A program made the position numbers and the translations under genes. The notes beneath the pieces are model-generated. The model was not told where the DNA came from and ran no database searches. It worked only from the letters and a program-made list of their open reading frames with translations. Positions 29,325-39,034 of a DNA stretch of 64,000 bases are shown here, in pieces. Source of the stretch: an uncultured delta proteobacterium. Its GTDB lineage: Bacteria; Desulfobacterota; Binatia; UBA9968. The stretch lies in contig CAVUZH010000008.1 of assembly GCA_963745835.1 (NCBI GenBank), positions 142,040-206,039 on the forward strand, in the 5' to 3' direction. The stretch's first letter is position 1; every line of letters begins with the position of its first letter.

Positions 29325-30599
29325 ATGCTCAACTTCACTATCGTTACTCTTTTTCCGGCGATGTTCGAATCGCCTTTGAACCACAGCATTCTGAAAAAAG
29401 CCCAGGGAAAAGGTCTGATTTCGATTGTTTTGGTCAATCCGCGAGACTACACGACTGACCGCCATCGCATCACCGATGATTATCCATACGGCGGCGGTCA
29501 AGGCATGGTGATGAAACCGGAGCCGTTGGTGGCAGCCATTGAGGACGTTAAGATTAGAATGCCGCGAGCCAAGGTCATTCTTCTATCGCCCCAGGGTCGT
29601 GTCTTTAATCAAGCCTCGGCCGCTGAGCTGGCCAACGAAGAAGAGCTGGTGCTGATTTGCGGGCGCTATGAGGGAGTCGATGAGCGGGTCAAAGATTTTA
29701 TCGACGACGAAATTTCGATTGGCGACTACACCATTAGCGGCGGCGAGCCCGCGGCTATAGTTGTCATCGATGCGGTATCACGCTTGGTCCCTGGTGTGTT
29801 GGGCAACGCCAAGTCTGCCGGCGATGAGTCTTTCAGCAATGGGCTGCTCGAATATCCTCAATATACCCGGCCAGAAGAATTTCGCGGCGCGAAGGTGCCA
29901 GAAGCGCTACTGTCAGGTGATCATGAAATGATTCGGCAATGGCGGCGTCAAATGAGCGTTCAGCAAACCCAAAAGCGGCGACCGGATTTAGTTGGCAGAG
30001 TTGATTTATCGCCTGAAGAAAAGGAGCTGATTTGCAATCAACGAGCGCCTGTCTACGTCGCCCTGCTTCATTACCCGGTCTACGATAAGAACCGGCAGAT
30101 TGTCACTACAGCGGTTACCAACATGGACATCCATGATATTGCTCGTTCGGGAAAAACATACGGCATCAAAGGTTTTTTTGTGGTGATCCCGGTTAAAGCG
30201 CTGCAAAGGCTCGCGTTAAAGATCATTGATCATTGGGAGCGCGGCTACGGCAGTCAGTACAACGCGACCCGAAAAGAGGCGCTGGCGCTGGCCCGAGTTA
30301 AAGACACGCTCGATGACGTCTTGATCGACTTGGAGCAGGAATACGGCGTAAAGCCGCGAATTGTCGTGACGTCCGCAAGGCCTGGTGGTCGGCGGACCTC
30401 TTTCGCCCAGCTCCAAGACATGTTAATAAATACCACTCACCCTTTCCTGATCATCTTGGGCACGGGCTGGGGACTCACTGAGACAATAATCTCTCAATCA
30501 GATTACGTTTTAGAGGCGCTCGAAGGATGGACCGATTACAACCATCTCTCGGTTCGATCGGCAGCGGCGATTATTCTGGATCGTCTTCTGGGACGTTAG
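29325..30599 (+). CDS. trmD: tRNA m1G37 methyltransferase TrmD fused to a C-terminal Tm1570/DUF2168-type SPOUT domain
   Basis: [40 protein letters not shown]; then [35 protein letters not shown]. Confidence 0.93.
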   Translation: MLNFTIVTLFPAMFESPLNHSILKKAQGKGLISIVLVNPRDYTTDRHRITDDYPYGGGQGMVMKPEPLVAAIEDVKIRMPRAKVILLSPQGRVFNQASAAELANEEELVLICGRYEGVDERVKDFIDDEISIGDYTISGGEPAAIVVIDAVSRLVPGVLGNAKSAGDESFSNGLLEYPQYTRPEEFRGAKVPEALLSGDHEMIRQWRRQMSVQQTQKRRPDLVGRVDLSPEEKELICNQRAPVYVALLHYPVYDKNRQIVTTAVTNMDIHDIARSGKTYGIKGFFVVIPVKALQRLALKIIDHWERGYGSQYNATRKEALALARVKDTLDDVLIDLEQEYGVKPRIVVTSARPGGRRTSFAQLQDMLINTTHPFLIILGTGWGLTETIISQSDYVLEALEGWTDYNHLSVRSAAAIILDRLLGR

Positions 30600-30621
30600 C
30601 TTTATAGAAACAGGAGTAGTC

Positions 30622-30978
30622 ATGAATATTCTAGATAAACTCGAAACCCAGCAATCCAAGCAGGAAATTCCGGCGCTCCGAGCCGGAGAAACGGTGCGGG
30701 TGCATGTTAAAGTTGTCGAAGGTGAAAAGGAACGAACTCAGGTCTTTGAGGGAATTGTCATTGGCATCGGCGGGAAAGGCAATCGCGCAAATTTCGTCGT
30801 TCGCAAAATATCTTATGGAGTGGGCGTGGAACGTATCTTCCCTTTCCATTCTCCACGGATCGATAAAGTCGAAGTGGTGTCGCGCGGCAGAGTGCGGCGC
30901 GCAAAGCTTTATTATTTGCGGGAAAGATCAGGAAAGGCTGCTCGGCTTTTTTCCGATGAACGATCCGGCAGCCGATAA
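30622..30978 (+). CDS. rplS: 50S ribosomal protein L19
   Basis: [33 protein letters not shown]. Confidence 0.98.
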   Translation: MNILDKLETQQSKQEIPALRAGETVRVHVKVVEGEKERTQVFEGIVIGIGGKGNRANFVVRKISYGVGVERIFPFHSPRIDKVEVVSRGRVRRAKLYYLRERSGKAARLFSDERSGSR

Positions 30979-30986
30979 ACGCTGCT

Positions 30987-31355
30987 TTATGCCTCGCCGG
31001 TTATTTTCCCTTGACCATCAAAGGTCGCGCCGGGGTGAACTCTAAGCTCCGCGGCTTGAGCGTCGCCCTTGAAATGTCCTCCCGGCATTATTTCAAAGCA
31101 ACCGACCACCTGAACACTGCCGATCAACATCCCCTCTAATTGGAGATTGCGCGCGGCGACCCGCGCTTCCACGTGCGCGTTGGCGCCGACCACCAAGAGA
31201 TCACTAGCCTTGACCTCGCCAGTGAATTTGCTGTCGATTTTAACCGGCAAATCATAGCTCAGTCGCCCGGAAATCGCTGAGTCTGGAAATAAAACTGTGC
31301 GCACGGTTCCTTGAACAAGAGGAGGTGTACCTTCGGTGACTGACTTTTCCGCCAT
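30987..31355 (-). CDS. Bactofilin / polymer-forming cytoskeletal protein
   Basis: Beta-helix repeats (ISGRL, KIDSKFTGEV, LVVGANAHVEARV, GATFDG). Confidence 0.78.
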   Translation of the reverse strand: MAEKSVTEGTPPLVQGTVRTVLFPDSAISGRLSYDLPVKIDSKFTGEVKASDLLVVGANAHVEARVAARNLQLEGMLIGSVQVVGCFEIMPGGHFKGDAQAAELRVHPGATFDGQGKITGEA

Positions 31356-31640
31356 GGCTGCAATCCTGAAATGGCGCTTAGGATAGCATCCCTTGCCTAG
31401 GACCGAAAGTGAAACCGAAATTTCGCTAGCGGGATTCCATCAAGACAGGATCGTCTGAAAAAAGCCACGGCCGCATCGTGATCGCTAGGTCAGGGAAATT
31501 TCCGCTGCGCGAATCTAGCACTGGCCGTCGCAGGCTATCAGCGCGCACGCTTGATCTCGTGAGCTTACGCTCGAACGCTTCTGTTAATGCTGAATTGCGC
31601 CGGCTACAACGGCGCCAGGCAATTGTGCTAGCATATCAGT

Positions 31641-32969
31641 ATGGATTTGTTTGAATCCGACCAGTCGAAGAAGCAATCGGCTCGCGCGCCGCTCGCGGAA
31701 CGGATGCGCCCGCGAAACCTGGATGAATTCGTCGGACAAAAGCATCTCCTCGGACCGGGGCGAATTCTAACCGAGATGGCTGATAGCGGCCAGCTCAGGT
31801 CCTTAGTTCTTTGGGGTCCGCCGGGCAGCGGCAAAACAACTTTGGCGCAAATTCTTGCCAGCAAGACAGGTGCGCGATGCGTCCATTTCTCGGCCGTCTC
31901 CTCAAGCGTCAAGGACCTGAAGAAAATTATAGACGAGGCCGAACGGCTCCGTCGTGCGGGCAAGAATACGGTCCTCTTCGTCGACGAGATTCATCATTTT
32001 AACAAGTCACAACAAGACAATTTTCTGCCTTACGTCGAACGCGGCACGCTTGTTTTGATCGGCGCCACCACCGAGAACCCATCCTTCGAGGTCATCTCTC
32101 CCCTGCTTTCTCGGACTCAGGTTTTGGTGCTAAAAACCTTATCGACTGAGGAGATCGGTGCGATTGTCGATCGTGCCTTGCAAGATAGTGAGCGGGGGCT
32201 GGGGAACATGCATTTAAACATTTCGCCGGAAGGTCGGGACTTCTTGATCGAGCATTCCCAAGGCGATTGCCGCGTCGCCCTGAATGCCTTGGAAACCGCC
32301 GCGGCTCTGGCGCATAGCGCCAAGGTCACTGAAATCAGCCTGACACACGTGCAAGAGGCGCTGCAGTTAAGGCCGCTTCGGTATGACAAGACCGGCGAAG
32401 AGCATTACAACGTTATCTCGGCATTTATCAAAAGCCTGCGCGGCAGCGACCCTGATGCCGCTTTATATTGGATGATGCGCATGATCGAAGCGGGCGAGGA
32501 TCCTTTGTTCATTGCGCGTCGGATGGTCATCTTCGCCGCCGAAGATATCGGCAATGCGGATCCCGACGCATTGCAAGTTGCAGTGGCGGCCAAGGATGCG
32601 TTTCATTTCATCGGCCTGCCGGAAGGTAGGATACCACTTGCCCAGGCCGCGACGTATCTCGCCACCGCGCCGAAATCCAATGCCTCATATTTAGCAATGC
32701 TGGCAGCAACACAGGATGTTGAGCAATGCGGCGCTCTGCCTGTTCCTCTCCATCTTCGCAATGCGCCGACTGGCCTGATGAAAAAACTTGGATACGGCAA
32801 GGATTACCAGTACGCCCACAACTTTCCCGATCACGTGGTCAAGCAACAGCATCTACCGGAGGAACTGAAAACACGAAAATATTATGTACCGTCAGATTCC
32901 GGGTACGAGAAGCAGATCAAAGAGCGACTCGAGCTCTGGCAAAGGAAAAAGCACACCTCGAAAAGCTAA
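31641..32969 (+). CDS. rarA: Replication-associated recombination protein A (MgsA)
   Basis: PLAERMRP, WGPPGSGKTT, DEIH, GATTENPSF, ISAFIKSLRGSDPDAA, VPLHLRNAPT. Confidence 0.96.
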   Translation: MDLFESDQSKKQSARAPLAERMRPRNLDEFVGQKHLLGPGRILTEMADSGQLRSLVLWGPPGSGKTTLAQILASKTGARCVHFSAVSSSVKDLKKIIDEAERLRRAGKNTVLFVDEIHHFNKSQQDNFLPYVERGTLVLIGATTENPSFEVISPLLSRTQVLVLKTLSTEEIGAIVDRALQDSERGLGNMHLNISPEGRDFLIEHSQGDCRVALNALETAAALAHSAKVTEISLTHVQEALQLRPLRYDKTGEEHYNVISAFIKSLRGSDPDAALYWMMRMIEAGEDPLFIARRMVIFAAEDIGNADPDALQVAVAAKDAFHFIGLPEGRIPLAQAATYLATAPKSNASYLAMLAATQDVEQCGALPVPLHLRNAPTGLMKKLGYGKDYQYAHNFPDHVVKQQHLPEELKTRKYYVPSDSGYEKQIKERLELWQRKKHTSKS

Positions 32970-33198
32970 CCACGTGAAGTGATCAATCGGTCTGTAGCCG
33001 TCAATCATTGAATCTGCAGCACGACTCGCCCTGAAGTTATCCACATCGGGTGATGGCTTTGGGGCACACGACAGAGTTTCTGGGAACAAGCGATAACAAC
33101 GTATTTGGCACACCCCGCACCAATTCGCTTTGCAGGCATCCTTTTTCAGAAGTCCAACATCTAAACCAGCAAAAGTTATAGTCAAAGAAGGAGCACAC

Positions 33199-33423
33199 AT
33201 GAAAGCAACAAAATCCATCAGTGCCATTTATGCTGGTTTAGCAATGATATTGGGAGTGTTTATTGCGGGAGAGCTTTTCGGCGCCGACACAGTTCGCAGG
33301 AGCAATCCTTTCGCAAGCCCGAGTGTCGACGCAGTAATTCGTTCCAAAAACAGCAATCAAATTGTGCTCACCCCGTCCGATGATTTCAAGGCGCGCGACG
33401 CTCGCATTCGAACTGGCCCGTGA
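33199..33423 (+). CDS. Small hypothetical exported/membrane protein
   Basis: AAGGAG RBS then MKATKSISAIYAGLAMILGVFIAG signal-like segment. Confidence 0.5.
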   Translation: MKATKSISAIYAGLAMILGVFIAGELFGADTVRRSNPFASPSVDAVIRSKNSNQIVLTPSDDFKARDARIRTGP

Positions 33424-34050
33424 TCGCTGCACAGGAAACGTCGTATGCTCCAGAAGCTATAGGGTGAGAAAATCAATAGGAAGATCGTTTTTGCCCTACA
33501 TCACATGTCACGAGCTGCAGATGTGGCGCCTTCGGAGAGTTCTATTAGGGCCGAATTTCAATAGCCCGATTATGTGGCAATGCAGCGCCTGCCCTATGCA
33601 TTTAGAAATTTCAGGCCTTCGTCCAGGAGCCGGGCGCGCGACATAATCTCGCGAGGACGAAGGAAAGGCGATATCGAGGCGCGGCGCGCACCCTGCACCC
33701 AGAACTGCAGTACTGTGTCGACGGATGAACCGCGTGCCTCGAAGTAAAATTACAGAAGTGAAAGAGTTCAGTTTCCTTTGTTCTGCGTGGCCGAGGCAAA
33801 TCTATTTTTCGAACAATTCAGCTACTGGAGCTTGCAAATCCCACCAGCCATCGCGACGCAATAACCTAGGCGTCACGGCGTTGGCACGCTCCTTAAGATT
33901 ATCGACGTGTCAATACGCTCCGAATACTTGCGTCATTGAACGCTAAATAGGACGGAGATTCTCTTCTTGCGGCATTCCATTGCTTTATAGTATGACCTCC
34001 CTATTCTGATAAAGAATTCACGATAGTCTCGCATTCTAATCGAGGCGCCA

Positions 34051-35295
34051 ATGCAACCTGTTCAATTATTCTGCTGGCATTTCATGGCATATCCATATCT
34101 GGCCGAAAATTTTGACCAGATTCACGATACCGGCTGGGTCACGGTCCCCAACAGCCTCTGGGACAACAAAAAAGCTCGCGGACTATACCAGGAGTATATC
34201 GACCAGCTGGCTTATGCGGACGAACTCGGTTTTGACGGTATGGTGCTCAACGAGCACCATCAAAATATTTACGGCCTGATGCCTTCGCCTAACATCATCG
34301 CCGCTGCCCTCACCCAAAGATCCACCCGCGGCAAGATCGTCGTGCTCGGCAATCTACTGCCGCTGCACATGAATCCGCTTCGAGTCGCCGAGGAATACGC
34401 CATGCTCGATCAGATGAGCAACGGCCGGCTGATTGCAGGGTTCGCCCCGGGCGGTGGCCCCGAAACTTTTAACTACGACATACCGTCGGCCAATACCCGG
34501 GAGAAATTCTGGGAAGCGGCGGACCTGATCGTGCGTTCTTGGACCGAAGACGGTCCGTTTGCCCACGAGGGACGGTACTTTCCACTTCGCTATGTAAACC
34601 CCTGGCCTAAACCGCTGCAAACACCCTTTCCTCCGATATGGATACCGGGCTCGCGCAGCCCGTCGACTATGACCGAGGTGGCAAAACGCGGCTACTGTTA
34701 CTTCCTTTCATCGCGCAGCCACGGCGGCGAAACCCATCGCGCCCAGCAAGAGTTTGCCGCCGTGTTGGAAAGACATGGAGATCGGTATCAGCCATTCCGC
34801 TTCGGCATACTGATGTCCGCGTACGTGGCGGAAAGCGATCGGCAAGCACGAGAGGAATGTGAAGAAGGCGTTTGGTATTTCTTGAAGAACTGTTTGAAGG
34901 GTCACTTGCGCCGGGAAGGACGACAGCTCACTTTTGGCCCGGGTGTTCCCTATATCCCGGCGCCAGCCTGGAAAGAGTATCTCAAAGATTACAAGCCGGG
35001 TCGCAAGCTTTTGGGTGACGTAGAAAATTGGGACGAGCTTGAAGCTTCACAATCGATCATCGTCGGCAGTCCCGAGACCGTATATCACCGTATCTGGAAC
35101 CTCATCGAACGAGCCAAGGTGGGAAACCTGTTGATCCAATTTCACATCGGCAACATGTCCAAGGAGCTCGCGCTAAAGAGCATGACTTTGTTCGCGGAAC
35201 AAGTCGCGCCGCGCCTGCGCGAGCATTCATTGCCCTTCTTCGAACGGGAATATCCGGGCGTTAACATCGAACAGCCAAAGGAAGCGCGCTTGTGA
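34051..35295 (+). CDS. LLM-class (luciferase-like) flavin-dependent oxidoreductase
   Basis: ADELGFDG..NEHH, PLRVAEEYAMLD.MSNGRL, PKPLQTPFPPIW, IVGSPETV. Confidence 0.9.
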   Translation: MQPVQLFCWHFMAYPYLAENFDQIHDTGWVTVPNSLWDNKKARGLYQEYIDQLAYADELGFDGMVLNEHHQNIYGLMPSPNIIAAALTQRSTRGKIVVLGNLLPLHMNPLRVAEEYAMLDQMSNGRLIAGFAPGGGPETFNYDIPSANTREKFWEAADLIVRSWTEDGPFAHEGRYFPLRYVNPWPKPLQTPFPPIWIPGSRSPSTMTEVAKRGYCYFLSSRSHGGETHRAQQEFAAVLERHGDRYQPFRFGILMSAYVAESDRQAREECEEGVWYFLKNCLKGHLRREGRQLTFGPGVPYIPAPAWKEYLKDYKPGRKLLGDVENWDELEASQSIIVGSPETVYHRIWNLIERAKVGNLLIQFHIGNMSKELALKSMTLFAEQVAPRLREHSLPFFEREYPGVNIEQPKEARL

Positions 35296-36107
35296 GCGGC
35301 CGATTTCTGGATCTCAAACAAGGCAAGGTTTGGCTCCTGGAGAACGGCCGTGGGGCTCCGCTGCTCTACCTGCACGGTTTCGTCGATGTCCACTCCGTTA
35401 AAGAAAGCTGGATGCCTTTCCACGACCGCCTCGCTGCAAGGGCTCGGGTCATTGCTCCGGCGCATCCCGGATGCTCTCAAAGCAACGAGAACAAGGACAT
35501 CGAAGCCATAGAAGATGTCGTCTTTCACTATCTCGAGTTTTTGGACGCATTGAATATACCCAAATTTTACTTGGTCGGCAGCTGCGTCGGCGGCTGGATT
35601 GCCGCAGAACTTGCCGCGCGCCAACCGGAAAAGATTCGCAAGATGGTTTTGATCGGCGCCGTAGGACTGTTCGTTCCCGGGGCGTTAATCGGCGATGTCT
35701 TCATGATGGCTCAGCCGGAGCGCGGCTCCAGTTACGCAGGACTGCGCCAGATGCTTTTCTCGCGTCAAGATCATCCAAAAGCGTTGGAGCTTTTCCCCGA
35801 TGGCATGGGTGAAATTGAAGACGAGCTGCGCCGCTATCAGATGCTGCGCTTCGGCTCGCGTATCGGCTTCAAACCGCCCTACTTCTATAACCGGCCGTTG
35901 CGCAACCGCCTCCATCGGATCACCGTGCCGGCCCTGGTGATCTGGGGAGAAGACGACCGCATGGTGCCGTTGTCGCACGGCGAGACTTACGCCAAGTCAA
36001 TGCCGCAAGCACAGCCGCTCAAAGTAATTCCCAACACGGGCCACAGCGTGCACGTCGAACAGCCCGAGCTGATGGCACAAATCGTTTCAGATTTTTTGGC
36101 AAGCTAA
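35292..36107 (+). CDS. alpha/beta-fold hydrolase with Cys at the nucleophile elbow
   Basis: YLHGF oxyanion motif, GSCVGG elbow, WGEDD, TGHSVH; GTGA overlap with the LLM gene. Confidence 0.85.
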   Translation: MSGRFLDLKQGKVWLLENGRGAPLLYLHGFVDVHSVKESWMPFHDRLAARARVIAPAHPGCSQSNENKDIEAIEDVVFHYLEFLDALNIPKFYLVGSCVGGWIAAELAARQPEKIRKMVLIGAVGLFVPGALIGDVFMMAQPERGSSYAGLRQMLFSRQDHPKALELFPDGMGEIEDELRRYQMLRFGSRIGFKPPYFYNRPLRNRLHRITVPALVIWGEDDRMVPLSHGETYAKSMPQAQPLKVIPNTGHSVHVEQPELMAQIVSDFLAS

Positions 36108-36374
36108 TCATCAGTTTTTCCTCGCGATGTTCATTGCACTCGAAACAAGCCAGTGTGGGATTGGAGTCGAAGAGGGTTTCACGAACGAGATTACAGCAGC
36201 GCAACGGCCAACAAGAGCGAGGAAGAAATCTTCAAAGCAGAGCACGCAGAGGCGAGCATTGTCATTTCGAACGGAGAGAGAAATCTTTATTAGATCGTCG
36301 CATCCGCTGACGGCTAAAGAGAAGCCCAACGTAACTTAAAACGAACCGCAGCCACAGGTTGTATTCGGAGGTTT

Positions 36375-37103
36375 ATGAAAAATAATGTCGTTCTCATTAC
36401 CGGCGGGGCCAAAGGCATAGGGCGGCACGCGGCACTAACGTTAGCCCAAGCAGGCGCCAAGCTGGCGCTGGCCGACACCGATGTCCAACGCTTGCACAAG
36501 ACGATCGCCGAAATCAAGAGTCGCGGCGGTGACGCATTTGCCATTCCCACTGACGTGCGCGATGAAAAAGACGTGCGGCATATGGCGTATGAAGTTTTCG
36601 ACCGGTTCGGCCGCATCGACGCATTGATCAACGACGCCGGCATCGTGCCGCATTTCAACTGGGGCATTCCGCGCTGGCCGCGCGCCCGCTTCATGAGCAA
36701 GGATTTTTGGGACAGCGTCATCGAAACCAATTTGGGCGGCACCTTTCTTTGTACCAAGTACGTTGTCCCCTTTATGGAGGAGTGCCGTTCCGGCAATATC
36801 GTCAATCTTTGGGGCGGCGGCAGAGCCGAAAACCACGGCGCCGCCCCCTACGTCGTCAGCAAAGACGCCATCCGCACATTTACACGCTTTATCGCCGAAG
36901 AAGAGCGCGAGTGGAACGTCTGCGTGGTTGCCTTCAGCCCCAAACAAGCCATCGCCACCGAGGATGCTCCCGAAGAAGCGCGCAAGCGTTTACCGGGTCC
37001 CGAGGTTTTGGGAAACGGCTTTGTGCTGGCCGCACAAGCCGGAATGGAACTCACCGGCAAAACGGTGGAACATCAGAATGGGAAATTAGTGGTAGTGGAC
37101 TAA
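36375..37103 (+). CDS. Short-chain dehydrogenase/reductase
   Basis: TGGAKGIG, INDAG, YVVSK. Confidence 0.85.
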   Translation: MKNNVVLITGGAKGIGRHAALTLAQAGAKLALADTDVQRLHKTIAEIKSRGGDAFAIPTDVRDEKDVRHMAYEVFDRFGRIDALINDAGIVPHFNWGIPRWPRARFMSKDFWDSVIETNLGGTFLCTKYVVPFMEECRSGNIVNLWGGGRAENHGAAPYVVSKDAIRTFTRFIAEEEREWNVCVVAFSPKQAIATEDAPEEARKRLPGPEVLGNGFVLAAQAGMELTGKTVEHQNGKLVVVD

Positions 37104-37142
37104 GTCGGATTAAAAACAAAAGACAGAACGCTGGAGCGGAAC

Positions 37143-38006
37143 TCACGGCACTCGCAACTTCGGATCGAGAGCGTCACGCAAAGAGTCTCCAAAGACATTG
37201 AAAGCAAACACCGCCAGGCTGATCGCCAAGCCCGGAAACAACGCCATCCACGGAGCGCGCTCCGCGAAATCCACCGCTGCTCCACGAAGCATCAATCCCC
37301 AGGCCGCCGTCGGTTCCGCCACTCCTAAACCGAGAAACGAAAGCGAGGCTTCAAGAAGGATCGCCTGGCCGAGAAAAGCGGTCAAAATGATCAGATAAGG
37401 CGCCACAACATTTGGCAGCATGTGACGCAATATCACACGGGCGTGACCCGCACCTAGAGTAAGCGCCGCCTCGACAAAGAGCATCTGGCGCAATGCCAGT
37501 GAGCTGCTCCGCACTACCAGAGCGGCACGGGGAATCATCGGAATAGCGATCGCCACTATGACATTCCAGATCCCCGAGCCAAGCAGCGCGACGACAACGA
37601 GAGCCAGAACAATCAGCGGAAACGATATCAGGATATCAAGCAGCCGTTGCAGGAAAAGATCAACTTTGCCGCCGAAGTAGGCGCATGTCACACCGAGAAC
37701 AGCGCCTACCGTGGTAGCAAAAAACGAAGAAGAGAATCCGACCCATAGCGCGGTGCGGGAGCCATAGAGTAGCCGCGAGAGCACGTCGCGCCCGAAGGAA
37801 TCGGTTCCTAGCCAGTGAGTTGCGCCCGGAGCATGAAACATGGCGCCATAATTGTTCTGCAAAGGATCGAAAGGAGCGATGATCTCCGCTAGCAAGGCCG
37901 CTAAAGTCATCAATACAACAATCGCCGCGCCAACGGCTCCGAGAGGCCGCCTCTGAGCAAAACGACGCACCGCCTGGCACTGCCGTCGCGCTCGGAGTGA
38001 AATCAT
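37143..38006 (-). CDS. Peptide/nickel ABC transporter permease (DppC-like)
   Basis: HWLGTDSFGRD, FVEAA, EASLSFLGLG, GDSLRDALDP. Confidence 0.92.
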   Translation of the reverse strand: MISLRARRQCQAVRRFAQRRPLGAVGAAIVVLMTLAALLAEIIAPFDPLQNNYGAMFHAPGATHWLGTDSFGRDVLSRLLYGSRTALWVGFSSSFFATTVGAVLGVTCAYFGGKVDLFLQRLLDILISFPLIVLALVVVALLGSGIWNVIVAIAIPMIPRAALVVRSSSLALRQMLFVEAALTLGAGHARVILRHMLPNVVAPYLIILTAFLGQAILLEASLSFLGLGVAEPTAAWGLMLRGAAVDFAERAPWMALFPGLAISLAVFAFNVFGDSLRDALDPKLRVP

Positions 38007-38039
38007 CCTAGCGTCTTTCTCTGGCGCTGTGATGTTTCA

Positions 38040-38990
38040 CTAGTAGTGGATGCGCGGGTCGAGCCAGACATATAGCAAGTCCAGAAAAAAATTCATCGCG
38101 ATAAAAGCAAACGAGACCAATAGCACCAAAGCCTGGGTCATCGTGTAGTCTCGATGGGTGATCGATTCGACGAGCAGCATGCCAATGCCGTTGAGATTGA
38201 AGACTTGCTCCGTGACAACGAGCCCGCCGATCAAAAAAGCGAATTCCAAACCGATCACAGTAACGATCGGCAGCAGCGCATTCCGCAATGCATGTTTCAG
38301 GACCACCGCATTTTCCCTGAGGCCTTTGGCGCGGGCTGTGCGAACATAATCTTCACGCAAAACTTCTAATACCGATGATCGCGTCATGCGCGTTGCCATG
38401 GCCGAATAGCGGTATCCCACCGCCAAGGCAGGCCATATCATTTGCGACAAATTGGCCACCGGATCGGTCCAGAAGGACGTAAAGGTCAATGGCGGCAGCC
38501 ATCTGAAGAAGATGAGAAACATTAAAATGATCACGATGCCGAACCAGAACGACGGCACTGCCAGGCCGCCGATGGAAAAGATCCGCACCAGGTAGTCCAC
38601 CCAGGTATCCTGCTTCAAAGCAGCCAAGGTGCCGCAGGGAAGCGCGATCAGAATAGCCACCAGAGTCGCCATGATCGCCAGCTGAAGACTCAGCTCGAGC
38701 CGTATTCTAATTTCTTCCGCAATAGGTCTACCCGTCCACATGGAAAGGCCAAAATCCAGGCGCACAATGCCCCACGACCAGTTCAGGAACTGCTGCCATA
38801 CCGGTTTATCGAGTCCGAGCTGGACCCGCTCGCGCTCGATCGCTTCCTTCGGCGCAAACGTGCCGCTGCCGGCATACTTGAGCTCGACGATGTCTCCCGG
38901 CGCGATTCGGAGTAAGACGAAGACCAGCACGGCAACGCCGAAGAGCGTCGGAATCATCAGTAGCAGACGCTTGACAATGTATTGTCCCAT
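38040..38990 (-). CDS. Peptide/nickel ABC transporter permease (DppB-like)
   Basis: YIVKRLL, EDYVRTARAKGL, HALRNAL, LDPRI. Confidence 0.92.
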   Translation of the reverse strand: MGQYIVKRLLLMIPTLFGVAVLVFVLLRIAPGDIVELKYAGSGTFAPKEAIERERVQLGLDKPVWQQFLNWSWGIVRLDFGLSMWTGRPIAEEIRIRLELSLQLAIMATLVAILIALPCGTLAALKQDTWVDYLVRIFSIGGLAVPSFWFGIVIILMFLIFFRWLPPLTFTSFWTDPVANLSQMIWPALAVGYRYSAMATRMTRSSVLEVLREDYVRTARAKGLRENAVVLKHALRNALLPIVTVIGLEFAFLIGGLVVTEQVFNLNGIGMLLVESITHRDYTMTQALVLLVSFAFIAMNFFLDLLYVWLDPRIHY

Positions 38991-39034
38991 TGATTTGAGT
39001 TCGACCGCGGCGATGATCACTGATCATCAGGCGC

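Noticed and set aside
33881-33897. TTGGCACGCTCCTTAA as a sigma54 promoter
   Set aside because: Lacks the invariant GC at -12
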